A stretch of DNA of 64,000 bases from a virus: positions 1 to 64,000 of IMG/VR virus record IMGVR_UViG_3300017971_000261; one strand, written 5' to 3'. The notes beneath the pieces were generated by a model. It worked only from the letters and a program-made list of their open reading frames with translations. It ran no database searches and was not told the DNA's origin. The position numbers and the translations under genes were made by a program. Positions within the stretch are counted from its first letter, which is position 1; every line of letters starts with the position of its first letter. This document shows positions 25,089 through 34,658 of the stretch, in pieces.

Positions 25089-27857
25089 ATGGGGTTAATT
25101 GCTCTGTCCGTGTCGTTATGCATTGGGATCGGCATTGCATGTGTTCACTCCGAAGGAGGCCGCTGGCGATCCGTTGACGAACAACTCAGGGCCGAGGCTG
25201 TGCAGCGTCTGATTGTTCCCACTGACTATCCAACGATACAAGCAGCAGTTAATGCCGCCGATAATACTGATATCATTATCCTGGAGAATCGTGAGTTCAC
25301 AGGAGAAGGGAACAGAGACATCGACCTCGGTGGCAAGTCTGTTACAATACAGTCTGTAAACCCAGACATGCCGACCATCATCCAGTCAACGATCATAGAT
25401 TGCCAGGGTACTGAATCAGATCCTCATCGTGCCTTCATTCTGAATGAGGTAAATCAAGGCTATGCAACAATCGAAGGCATAACCATCACAAATGGCACAG
25501 CATATGGTTCATCAAGTCCGGACGAAAGGGGTGGTGCTGTCCTTTGCCAGAATAGCAATGTCCATTTTAACTACTGCCGATTCATTGGCAATAAGGCCCA
25601 AAAGTACGGAGGGGTCATGATTGTTACTGGCAGTGGAGCACAGGTCATACGAAACTGCCTTTTTGAGAACAATCATGCCGGTAATGAAGGCGGATGTATT
25701 GATTCTGGTTCTACGACCATGATCATCGAGAACACCATATTCCGCAACAATCATGCATCCGGCGGTGACAATACGATGGGTGGTGCTATTGCTTTCGGTG
25801 GGAATAGCTTGGAAATCCATAACAGTACCATCATCGATTGCTCTGTGGAAGGCAGGGGCGGTTCGATTTCTACCTGGGGAACTGCTGCACTTAGCTTTCA
25901 GAATGTAAGCATTGTGGACAACAATGCAGGAAACAGAGGTGGCGGAATCTACCTGTCGCCGGATGCCAATCTGACTGCTGTTAACACGATCCTATGGGGA
26001 AACACAGATCAGGGCGGTTCGGATTGGAGTGCCCAGATCCACGATGGTAGACGCGGCACGTTTTCTTACTCGTGTGTGCAAGGCTGGGACAGGGGAGGGG
26101 AAGCGAACATCAACACCGATCCTAAACTGACCGACTTCCATATTGCTGTTGATTCGCCCTGCAAGGACGCCGGTGACGCGAGCCTTTCTTATGTCGAGCT
26201 TCAGAAAGACATTGACGGACAGATGCGTGTATCAGATGGACATGTGGATATTGGTGCTGATGAATACGTCAGCCTCATCACGCGTCATGTTCCATCTGAT
26301 CATACTACCATCCAAGAGGCAATTGATTCCTGCAATGATGGAGATACCGTCCTTGTCTCGGATGGGACTTACAGTGGCCCGGGCAACCGAAGCATCTATC
26401 TGAGGGGCAAAGCTATCACTGTGGCGAGCGAGAATGGCCCATCTGCTTGCATCATCGATTGCGAAGGTCAAGCGAGAGGATTTTACCTACGCCAGGGAGA
26501 GAAAGACACAACAAAGATTAAAGGGTTTACAATCAAGAATGGTACTGCCTTCTACGGCGGCGGTGCCATTTTCTGCTATACATCCAGCCCATGGATAGAA
26601 AACTGCGTCTTTGAGTCCAACACTGGCTCATGGGAAGGCGGAGCCATCCGATGTTCGACCAATTCTAGTCCGATCATCATGAACTGCAAGTTTGCACTCA
26701 ACACCAGTACAAGCTGTGGCGGTGCTCTCGCGGCCAGGGGTGACTCCAGACCCACTGTGATGAACAGCCTTTTCGTGCTGAACAGTAGCGAGAAATTCGG
26801 CGGTGCGATCTACTGCGGTCGAGGCACAACCCTTACCGTTGTTGGTTGCACGATCTTGCGTAATGATACCAACCACATGGGCGGTGGTATTGCTTGTATC
26901 GGGGGCAACATCAATATCTTTGACACAATCATGAGAGAGAATACATGTGGAAACGTCAATCTGGCAACGACACTTCCTGCCTATGGTATCTCTGGGCATG
27001 TTATGCACGAAGTGAACGGAACACCAATAAAGGATGTTGCCATCAACCCAGATCCCAACACAATGAATGGTGCAACAACGGATGAATACGGATACTACGA
27101 AACCGCTGTCGCCGCGACCCTTACGCCTATCAACCAGGAGGAAACCACGGATGGGAAACAGCTGGCTCTGATAGGCGGCGGTGGCAGCGGCATCATGTTC
27201 CACTGCAATATCGAAGGCGGTATCGATGGTGTAGCGATTGATCCCAATTCGCCTCTCACACACCGGCCAGAGGCTACAACTGACGCTGATCCGCTATTTG
27301 TTGATTCAGATGGAGCAGATAACGACGCGAATACATGGCAAGATAATGACTACCATCTTACCGTTGGATCACCTTGTATCGACGCCGGATATGAGGGCCT
27401 ACTGCCGATATATGCTGGCTCAGTCGATCTGGACAATGAAACGAGAGTCCTTCAGGGGAAGGCCGATCTTGGTGTCGATGAAGTCAATTACTTCAAGGTT
27501 GGAGGAAACGTTCCTATCGCCGCGTGTGAGATACAACCACCGCCTTACGTTACGAGCGGGGACGAAGTCGTAGCACGATACATGTCCGGTACGCAGCTTT
27601 CGATAGCAGTCACGGATCTTAAGGTTGCGGCACTGACTGAGGGATGGCTTGTCTGGGATGACCCTAATCTCAGGGGAGACGCGAACTACGCCAGATCTTA
27701 CATGGGTTCATCGCTCATTCTGGACGTAGACAGCGACAAACACATAGCCATCAAACTTCGCACCGGCCAGTGTGGGAAGGGCAATTTTGTTGCTATAGTA
27801 GGTGTTCTTCTCGTTCTCTCAATTGCCAGATTTTGTACCGGCAGAAGAGGACGATAG
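25089..27857 (+). CDS. Secreted/surface parallel beta-helix (pectin-lyase-like) repeat protein
   Basis: Signal-like N-terminus; two VPxDxxTIQxA modules; GGAI repeats; DIDG...DIGADE; C-terminal CGKG-TM-RRGR. Confidence 0.85.
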   Translation: MGLIALSVSLCIGIGIACVHSEGGRWRSVDEQLRAEAVQRLIVPTDYPTIQAAVNAADNTDIIILENREFTGEGNRDIDLGGKSVTIQSVNPDMPTIIQSTIIDCQGTESDPHRAFILNEVNQGYATIEGITITNGTAYGSSSPDERGGAVLCQNSNVHFNYCRFIGNKAQKYGGVMIVTGSGAQVIRNCLFENNHAGNEGGCIDSGSTTMIIENTIFRNNHASGGDNTMGGAIAFGGNSLEIHNSTIIDCSVEGRGGSISTWGTAALSFQNVSIVDNNAGNRGGGIYLSPDANLTAVNTILWGNTDQGGSDWSAQIHDGRRGTFSYSCVQGWDRGGEANINTDPKLTDFHIAVDSPCKDAGDASLSYVELQKDIDGQMRVSDGHVDIGADEYVSLITRHVPSDHTTIQEAIDSCNDGDTVLVSDGTYSGPGNRSIYLRGKAITVASENGPSACIIDCEGQARGFYLRQGEKDTTKIKGFTIKNGTAFYGGGAIFCYTSSPWIENCVFESNTGSWEGGAIRCSTNSSPIIMNCKFALNTSTSCGGALAARGDSRPTVMNSLFVLNSSEKFGGAIYCGRGTTLTVVGCTILRNDTNHMGGGIACIGGNINIFDTIMRENTCGNVNLATTLPAYGISGHVMHEVNGTPIKDVAINPDPNTMNGATTDEYGYYETAVAATLTPINQEETTDGKQLALIGGGGSGIMFHCNIEGGIDGVAIDPNSPLTHRPEATTDADPLFVDSDGADNDANTWQDNDYHLTVGSPCIDAGYEGLLPIYAGSVDLDNETRVLQGKADLGVDEVNYFKVGGNVPIAACEIQPPPYVTSGDEVVARYMSGTQLSIAVTDLKVAALTEGWLVWDDPNLRGDANYARSYMGSSLILDVDSDKHIAIKLRTGQCGKGNFVAIVGVLLVLSIARFCTGRRGR

Positions 27858-27946
27858 AAGGCAGGGATCATGTTTAACATGTTTGTAATCCTAAAGATGT
27901 GTCGTCCGGGGTCTACTCTCTCGGCACATACTCGTTGGAGGGTAGT

Positions 27947-28384
27947 ATGTGCAGTTCCGCGTCAAGCACAGAGGATTTACAAGAGTTAGAAAGTCAAATC
28001 AGGTCTCAGGAAAGTCGGAGGGTTCGAACTGAATTCTCCAGGATGCTCCTTCCTTTAGCCGACATATTACAGGAGATGCTTAACAAATGTCGTGATGGCG
28101 ACGGCCATCTCGTCGTCAATTCTTTGACTGTGGGCACTCTTGTCGAGATGATGCAGGCCGTTCTTTGCGAGGAAGGCGTATGCAGATATGCTCCGTCATG
28201 CGGTGAGGAGTATAATCAAGAGATGCACGACGCCGTTGAGATAATACTGTCCGAGGAAGTATCCGAGGGACATGTCGTCACAACGGTTCAAGATGGTTAT
28301 GAAATAGACCGGTCTTGCCTCCGAAAGGCAAGAGTCGTGATCTCGAACGGAGCCCAGATTGCACCTGAGAACACTGACGCATGA
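27947..28384 (+). CDS. grpE: GrpE-like nucleotide exchange factor
   Basis: LLPLAD, GEEYNQEMHDAV, VQDGYEI...LRKARVVI. Confidence 0.8.
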   Translation: MCSSASSTEDLQELESQIRSQESRRVRTEFSRMLLPLADILQEMLNKCRDGDGHLVVNSLTVGTLVEMMQAVLCEEGVCRYAPSCGEEYNQEMHDAVEIILSEEVSEGHVVTTVQDGYEIDRSCLRKARVVISNGAQIAPENTDA

Positions 28385-28640
28385 GGAAGCGGAGTATCTA
28401 GCCGCAGGACCACAAGAATCGTCCCTGTCCAATACTGCCGAGATCGAAGATCTCCAGGCAACAATACCTGATGATCATTGTCGTGAATACTACCACGGCA
28501 TGGTACGCGGCCTCCAGCTCTCCGAAGTTGTCTGGAGGTTGATGTCAGAAGAAGAACCAGAGATGTTTCCCTTCATCCTTGGCCTTCTGATTGCTAGATC
28601 AGCGAATCTCTTCCTTGACAGCAGCGAATCATACCTCTAG
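28359..28640 (+). CDS. Hypothetical protein
   Basis: 93 aa ORF. Confidence 0.5.
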   Translation: MHLRTLTHEEAEYLAAGPQESSLSNTAEIEDLQATIPDDHCREYYHGMVRGLQLSEVVWRLMSEEEPEMFPFILGLLIARSANLFLDSSESYL

Positions 28641-28700
28641 GCCCAGGACAGGGATACCCCTCCAGAGAATATCAAGGTATCGCAAACAAGGAGATGCGTC

Positions 28701-29066
28701 ATGCTTAAGATCAAAAGTGCTGCTGTGCCCAAGAAAGAGACAGAAACGGTCCGTATAACAGAGAAGGTTAAATCTCGTGCTAATGCCGCCTTGGCCCCCT
28801 TTTTGAGCGGTTCTCCGATGAGAGAAATTCCTTTGGGTGACATGTTTGCTACTCTTAAGAATCTTGGTATAGTAGTTGTACAAGAGGATAATACACCATG
28901 GTCAGGCATAATAAGTGCCCCAACAGAGCAAGATACAAGGATGACTTTCGATCTATCATGGCAAGACGAGGTTAAGGGTTTGGTTCCAATTAGCAATTCA
29001 CAATTAGTTCTTTCGATCTACAAGTTTGCTACTGGGACATATGAGGTTACCGGCTACGTCGCGTAA
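28701..29066 (+). CDS. Hypothetical protein
   Basis: AAGGAG RBS; 121 aa. Confidence 0.7.
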   Translation: MLKIKSAAVPKKETETVRITEKVKSRANAALAPFLSGSPMREIPLGDMFATLKNLGIVVVQEDNTPWSGIISAPTEQDTRMTFDLSWQDEVKGLVPISNSQLVLSIYKFATGTYEVTGYVA

Positions 29067-29071
29067 TATCA

Positions 29072-29902
29072 ATGGACACTCCCTACAAATCCAGCCAGGT
29101 CGCTGCGGTCGATTGGTTCCGTTACAATACGGTGCCGGGCAATGTTACCCTTCCGGACGATTGGGAGAGCCCATCAGATCGATGGACCACGAACTCTGAG
29201 TTCGACGTCCGAACATACAGGGGCGGAGAGCTGATCTATATGGGAGAACTCAACGGAGATTTGACCGATGCATCAGGTAGATCTAACTACTATGTGACTG
29301 TAGTTATCCAACCACGACGTAATCTTGCTTTTGAAATACGAGGTAGACGTTCTAACGCATCAAATTATGTTGCATTTCGTGTAGACTTTGACAACGACCT
29401 GATCTCTCTTCTGGAATGTAACGCAGGGGCTCGATCTACCATCGCCACATCAAGCCATACGCTATTTACGAATATAGAAAGAAAGTATATCGTCTCTTTC
29501 TACATGTATAGCTCTCGACTCATAGGCCAGATACATGGATATCCGATTATCGAGAAAAGGACATCACACAACATAGGCGTTGAGGGTGTTTCACTGAACG
29601 TGGATGACTTCACAGACGACCCGTATAACGACACAACGTTTCATAGTCTGCATTTCTTCTTGGTACGTGGCCTTTACAGACAACCGCCGATGGCTCTTGA
29701 GGGTGACCCAACACGTCTGGATGTTATCTTCCGTAAGCAAATGAAGGAATGGATAGAGAATCCATACCTCGACTATAGGTCATTTGCCGATGCTTATAGG
29801 ATCAATAGAATTTACAATCCTGAATCAGTCGATATACCATGGAGACAATTAGGCTATCCTATCCGAGAACCCAGTACAGAGCAATGGGTAGACGTACTTT
29901 AG
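29072..29902 (+). CDS. Hypothetical, possibly virion beta-sandwich protein
   Basis: 276 aa, beta-rich; DDPY/ENPY motifs. Confidence 0.6.
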   Translation: MDTPYKSSQVAAVDWFRYNTVPGNVTLPDDWESPSDRWTTNSEFDVRTYRGGELIYMGELNGDLTDASGRSNYYVTVVIQPRRNLAFEIRGRRSNASNYVAFRVDFDNDLISLLECNAGARSTIATSSHTLFTNIERKYIVSFYMYSSRLIGQIHGYPIIEKRTSHNIGVEGVSLNVDDFTDDPYNDTTFHSLHFFLVRGLYRQPPMALEGDPTRLDVIFRKQMKEWIENPYLDYRSFADAYRINRIYNPESVDIPWRQLGYPIREPSTEQWVDVL

Positions 29903-29903
29903 T

Positions 29904-29932
29904 TTGCAAAACCCTGTGGCTTGTGGTATAAT
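29904..29932 (+). promoter_or_regulatory. Sigma70-type promoter
   Basis: TTGCAA-N17-TATAAT with TGTGG. Confidence 0.7.
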
Positions 29933-29955
29933 CCTAAGTGAACAAGGAGGCCCAC

Positions 29956-30957
29956 ATGCCTGCAGGGAAAGAAGTTGATCCTCACGTCGTCTCGCTAGCA
30001 GTCAAGGGAGCACTATTAGGTTATCTCGTTGGAGATTCAGTGGCCTATCCATACCGCGATATGACGGCTGAACAAATCGGAGATCTCAAAAAGATCGATC
30101 CAACCAAGACGCACGAGAGCCAAGAATCCCCGGGCGTTTTTACTAACCATGGCTCTACGATGCTCTGTTCGCTGGCCATGCTCAATGATTGTTCGGCGGC
30201 TGATGCTTCAGTGCTGCTCGAAAAATTCCAAGCCTGGCATGTCGGATCTTCATTTGCACCAGAAGTTGAGTCGGCTGAATGTGTCGAGATTGACATTGCC
30301 ACCTCAGAAGCGATCAAGAACTTCAACGACTCTATCCCTGCCGAAAGCTGTACCAGTCAAGGTGACAGCGCGTTGTCGAATGCGTGTTTGTCAAGAGTTC
30401 TTCCTGTTGCATTGTATTACGGGCCACTATCAGTCGACGAGACCATTGAAAATGCCATTGCTGTCTGTCGTGTAACTCACCCATGTGTCACAAGCGAAAC
30501 GGTCTCTGCCGCGTATGCCCTAGCCGTTCGCAATCTCATGCTCCGCAAGAAGGAAAAAATCTTCGATCTTCTTAAGGACTATCTCTCGTTTCGCAATCTG
30601 GAGGAACACCGACAAGAGGCCGAAAGAATCGCATCTTCCTCACGAGAACGCATGGCATCTCAGAACGTTCTTGACTGTTTCTGGGTGGGCTGGCAGGCCT
30701 ATGCTGCTTCGGGTCTGAACTTCGAACAAGCCATAATCTCTGCCATATCGATTGGTTCGGACACGTCCGCATCTGCGGCTCTTGCTGGCTCCCTTGTTGG
30801 TCTCTCTATTGGTGCTTACGAGATACCACAACGTTGGGTTGACGAACTCAAGCTGGACGCCGAGTCCAATGAGGAAATATCGGGCTTCGTCAAAACGGTA
30901 ACGAAGCGTGCGGTCAAGGCAATCTCCAAACCACAGGGGGTGCAAACTGATGCTTAA
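29956..30957 (+). CDS. ADP-ribosylglycohydrolase (DraG/ARH) family, degenerate metal ligands
   Basis: GALLGYLVGDS, SNACLSRVLP, RVTH, GSDTSASAALAGSL. Confidence 0.85.
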   Translation: MPAGKEVDPHVVSLAVKGALLGYLVGDSVAYPYRDMTAEQIGDLKKIDPTKTHESQESPGVFTNHGSTMLCSLAMLNDCSAADASVLLEKFQAWHVGSSFAPEVESAECVEIDIATSEAIKNFNDSIPAESCTSQGDSALSNACLSRVLPVALYYGPLSVDETIENAIAVCRVTHPCVTSETVSAAYALAVRNLMLRKKEKIFDLLKDYLSFRNLEEHRQEAERIASSSRERMASQNVLDCFWVGWQAYAASGLNFEQAIISAISIGSDTSASAALAGSLVGLSIGAYEIPQRWVDELKLDAESNEEISGFVKTVTKRAVKAISKPQGVQTDA

Positions 30958-31198
30958 GGTCAAAGCGAAGGGCAATGAAGCTGCTGAACACATGTGGCGG
31001 CGTTTCCAGAAGATCTGCGAGAAAGAGGGCCTGATGCGCGACATTAAGCGTCGCATGTACTACGAGTCACCCTCTGAGGAACGCCGAAGGAAGAGGCTTA
31101 AAGCCAAACGCCGAAGAATCAAAGAAACCCAAAGAAACAAACAGAAGACGAAAAGACGTAAACCTTCGCGTGGAAGGATCGCATTCCGGTCTAACTAA
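30950..31198 (+). CDS. rpsU: 30S ribosomal protein bS21
   Basis: RRFQKICEKEGLMRDIKRRMYYESPSEERRRK. Confidence 0.9.
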   Translation: MLKVKAKGNEAAEHMWRRFQKICEKEGLMRDIKRRMYYESPSEERRRKRLKAKRRRIKETQRNKQKTKRRKPSRGRIAFRSN

Positions 31199-32195
31199 AC
31201 CCATGCTCGGCTAGAAGTTTTGCATATTTTGCTACGCAGTGTCTTATGTGTAGGAATTTGTCAAAGTGTGCTTTGGTTGATTTGCGCAGGCGTCGCAGTA
31301 CCGGACGTTTTCGGATTAGTCGCCGTATTTGTTTCTGCACATCCTCATAGGTCTTGAAATAGATTCCATTCACTCCATTTTGGACGAGTTCATTTGTTCC
31401 GCCCTTGTCACGGCAGAGTATTGGGACACCAAGTGACAATGTCTCCAGCACTGCCATTGATGAGCCTTCCGAGATCATATTGTCGTAGAAATAGAGGTGG
31501 AGCGACGACAGAAGTGACATTTTCCAGTCCTGATCGTCTATAACGCCTAGGTATCTGACATTGTCCATCTCGTTGTGATAAGGTTTGCCTATCATGTAGT
31601 GAACGTGCCCCTTTATACCGTTCAGATATTCGGTTGCCTTATCAGAGAACTTTCCTCCGCACAGACGATGACAACGACCCGTTCTAAACTTATCCTGCTC
31701 CAAGACGGGACATCCGGGTTTTAGCCCAGATTCTGGCGGCTCCCAGTATTCCATACCATTAACGATGATGACATGCTTTTTCTTACGTGGATATCTAGCA
31801 ATGCCATCCAAAAATGCAGAAACAGAGACAAAGACATCAGCTTCCTGGAATCTACGTAGTTCTCCTGGACCCTGCACTGTGTGGTTGACAACGATATAGA
31901 ATGGGTCAATATCTTCAAGACATGGAGCACCGAAAAGCCTATGCTGTATGACAACATCGTACTTTCGGGCAATCTTCTTCTTGAAATCCTTGTAGCGATG
32001 GTAGCCTGCCACGTTAAGACCACTAGTTTCGATGAGATTCTTATTGGTGGTCTCGTCATCACCACGTTTGTTCACAACAAGAAGATCGCCATCAATGTCA
32101 TAATACTTCTTGAGGCCACGTATTATCTGACAAACAGATGTCGTCCCGCCATTCAAATTGGGGTGAGCGATGATGTGTGCAATTTTAGCAGGCAT
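31191..32195 (-). CDS. Glycosyltransferase GT-B (family 4-like)
   Basis: NGG at N-terminus; EGSSMAVLETLSLGVPIL (EX7E); GGTNELV. Confidence 0.85.
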   Translation of the reverse strand: MPAKIAHIIAHPNLNGGTTSVCQIIRGLKKYYDIDGDLLVVNKRGDDETTNKNLIETSGLNVAGYHRYKDFKKKIARKYDVVIQHRLFGAPCLEDIDPFYIVVNHTVQGPGELRRFQEADVFVSVSAFLDGIARYPRKKKHVIIVNGMEYWEPPESGLKPGCPVLEQDKFRTGRCHRLCGGKFSDKATEYLNGIKGHVHYMIGKPYHNEMDNVRYLGVIDDQDWKMSLLSSLHLYFYDNMISEGSSMAVLETLSLGVPILCRDKGGTNELVQNGVNGIYFKTYEDVQKQIRRLIRKRPVLRRLRKSTKAHFDKFLHIRHCVAKYAKLLAEHGFS

Positions 32196-32205
32196 AAGCC
32201 CCTAA

Positions 32206-33306
32206 TTATACACCGTTTTCTTCCATGAGCTTCTTGACATCCACAAGTCCATAACCGGTTTTCTTGTCTTTTCCGGCCGAAGAAAGATCGATAGCGGTCT
32301 TTCTGAGATGCTCACGTATTTCTTCTACGGTATCGACAGGTGTAGCTCCGCCGAGTTTTCTGTGTTTCGCGATCATGAGTGCTACAACTCCGGCCACCCA
32401 CGGTGTTGCCATGCTCGTTCCGCTCATAACTCCATATCTGTTCTTTGGCAGGGTGGACAGGACTTTAACTCCTGGTGCAACGAAATCTAGATTAGGCCCA
32501 GTTTGGCTAAAACTCGCGCGACTCATATCTTTGGATACTGCACCTATGGAAATCGTTTCCTTCAGTCTGGCTGGATAATCTAGCTTGCCTATGTTCCCCG
32601 CATTGCCAGCCGCACATATGACAGGGACATTCTTGCTATATGCACGCTGGACAGCGGCACGCATGGCCTTATTGTTGTCCGGGCCACCGAGTGACATGCT
32701 GATCACATCAGCCCCCTTGGCTAAAGCGTAATCAATACCCGTCGCAATGTCTACGTATCTTCCGCAACCGTTGTTGTCTAAGACTTTGATTGTGATTATT
32801 TTCGCATCCGGAGCCACTCCGACTACGCCGATGCTATTGTTGTTTGCAGTTACGATACCTGTGCAATGTGTACCATGACCATCGCCATCATAAATTTTTG
32901 TTCTTATCTTCTTGATCTTCTTATTTACCGCACTAATCCTGCGCTGGTTTAGTCTGATGGATTTTCTCATTCTTTTCTTAGCACCTTTGCTCTTTGTTCG
33001 TCTGATTCGCTTCTTAAGTGTAGAAATTGATGATTTGTATCTTGACCTAGTCTTCAGAAGGTTTTTGATACTACTATCTCCGCTGAAATTGTGTTTTGCA
33101 CCAAATGAATTTTTGAGGTCTTTGTGTTTTGTGTCGCAACCGGTATCCAATATGGCAACAGTTACGCCCTCTCCTTTGGTTGTAGCCCAAATCTCTGGGA
33201 TGTTGAATTTCGATATATGGTATCCGAGCCTTTGGGCACTGCTAGTCGAAATATCGTGTTTCACTAGATCCGGCGGTAGTTCACATTCTGGTCTTTTTGC
33301 TGGCAT
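32206..33306 (-). CDS. Subtilisin-like serine protease (S8) with basic insertion
   Basis: ILDTG, HGTHCTG, AAGN, SGTSMATP. Confidence 0.95.
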   Translation of the reverse strand: MPAKRPECELPPDLVKHDISTSSAQRLGYHISKFNIPEIWATTKGEGVTVAILDTGCDTKHKDLKNSFGAKHNFSGDSSIKNLLKTRSRYKSSISTLKKRIRRTKSKGAKKRMRKSIRLNQRRISAVNKKIKKIRTKIYDGDGHGTHCTGIVTANNNSIGVVGVAPDAKIITIKVLDNNGCGRYVDIATGIDYALAKGADVISMSLGGPDNNKAMRAAVQRAYSKNVPVICAAGNAGNIGKLDYPARLKETISIGAVSKDMSRASFSQTGPNLDFVAPGVKVLSTLPKNRYGVMSGTSMATPWVAGVVALMIAKHRKLGGATPVDTVEEIREHLRKTAIDLSSAGKDKKTGYGLVDVKKLMEENGV

Positions 33307-33413
33307 GATTTCCCCCCTAAATACGTTTCTCCATGGAAAAGGCGCTATCCTTTACTTGCTCAAAGGGTCTATCTAAATAGATGGTGAAATCTATAGTAGA
33401 CAGGAGGTTAGTT

Positions 33414-33788
33414 ATGAGAAGCTGGTTGTTAGCAACGTTGCTGATTGGTTTTCTTGCTCTTTCGTCCGGACAGGCATACGCCAGACCGCATCACGGAAGG
33501 CATCATGGACGTTCGTATACCACCTGCCGAAAACTTTGCCCTACGAAGTGCCACAAGCCACGGTTTTTGGCCTCTCATCATTGTTGGAAGGCACGATGTG
33601 AAGAACACAGACGCCTCACTGGTGGTTCTCTTGTTGTGGGTGGGCCCGGTGGATATCTGAGTATCCGAATCGGACGTGTATCACCAAGGCCAACTTGCGG
33701 CAATGGCAGATACTACTTCGAGCGAGACTATGGACATAGAGGCCCGTTCTATCACCAAGGTCTGGGCCGCATGCGAGGATGCAAGTAG
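33414..33788 (+). CDS. Hypothetical secreted His/Arg-rich protein
   Basis: AGGAGG RBS; signal peptide ending AYA. Confidence 0.6.
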   Translation: MRSWLLATLLIGFLALSSGQAYARPHHGRHHGRSYTTCRKLCPTKCHKPRFLASHHCWKARCEEHRRLTGGSLVVGGPGGYLSIRIGRVSPRPTCGNGRYYFERDYGHRGPFYHQGLGRMRGCK

Positions 33789-33860
33789 GCTACGTTAGAT
33801 TCCGCTTGCAAACATCGCACGAATAGTGTATGATTGGGTTGTACGCGAGGCCAACCCAAG

Positions 33861-34223
33861 ATGGAAGTAAGTCGCTCCGACACACGATATGTTTGTGTGC
33901 TTCATTGCAACAGGGCCAAGAAGAATTTGGCCCACAGTCTAGCCAAAACTCCCTATCAATACGAAATCGAGCAGATTCCTGATTGCCCAACTCAGTACAG
34001 GGAAATCTTCGTTCGTGCCACCCTCGCTCGGTTAGCAGGATCGTTTCGGAACGGTAAACCGTTTGAGGTCATTCTGGATCATATAATGTCTTTGGACAAT
34101 GCTGTAATTGTCGTTTTTGGACATGAAGATCTTTTACCACTGATTCAGTCATGGGCAGAGCAAAATTCTTGTAAGTTTCGTTGCTGGAAAACTTGCCACA
34201 GCGTCGATCTTGTGGTATCCTAG
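33861..34223 (+). CDS. Hypothetical protein
   Basis: ORF behind TTGCAA-N17-TATGAT. Confidence 0.55.
   Translation: MEVSRSDTRYVCVLHCNRAKKNLAHSLAKTPYQYEIEQIPDCPTQYREIFVRATLARLAGSFRNGKPFEVILDHIMSLDNAVIVVFGHEDLLPLIQSWAEQNSCKFRCWKTCHSVDLVVS
34193..34221 (+). promoter_or_regulatory. Sigma70-type promoter for the ncRNA/tRNA unit
   Basis: TTGCCA-N17-TATCCT with TGTGG. Confidence 0.65.
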
Positions 34224-34227
34224 GGTG

Positions 34228-34390
34228 TGCGGGAGCGTGAGCTATGTCACACTCGAAGGGGAACAAGCATGCTGGCAAGCGAAATTACGTCCACCAGGGT
34301 TGGGTAGGATCAAAATGGTGGAAACAGGCTCGGTATGCTCGTTGGGATGACCACAGACAGAAGGATAGTGGCCTTCCTTTCAGGCGAAAA
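34228..34390 (+). ncRNA. Candidate structured RNA leader ahead of tRNA-Leu
   Basis: GAGCGT/ATGCTC, GAGC/GCTC, TCCACCA/TGGTGGA, GAAGG/CCTTC pairings. Confidence 0.4.
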
Positions 34391-34410
34391 GACAAAAAGA
34401 AGAAACGTTA

Positions 34411-34623
34411 GGTCGGGTGGCGAAATTGGCAGACGCGCAGCGACAAGCATTGGCGACAACTGTACCAGGCGTTGCCGTGCTGTCGACTCTACAACACCTT
34501 GCCGCCATCGAGTGGCGTACGACGCCACTGGTACCGGCGAACAGCCATGGCGGATGCCGTAGGGTCTACATTGAGGACGCTGTGTCCCATAGGGGCGTGC
34601 TGGTTCGAATCCAGCCCCGGCCT
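34411..34623 (+). tRNA. tRNA-Leu(GAG) interrupted by a 128-nt insert (34443-34570)
   Basis: Acceptor GGTCGGG/CCCGGCC, Leu-type D arm, anticodon stem CAGCG/CGCTG, loop TTGAGGA after insert, long variable arm, GCTGG-TTCGAAT-CCAGC; discriminator T. Confidence 0.85.
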
Positions 34624-34658
34624 TTACTTCGCCCATTTTTTGCCGACTGGAGACAGAC

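Noticed and set aside
34443-34570. Group I or BHB intron assignment for the tRNA insert
   Set aside because: No U at the 5' splice site, no terminal G or P9, too short; no 4-bp helix with 3-nt bulges at the required junctions
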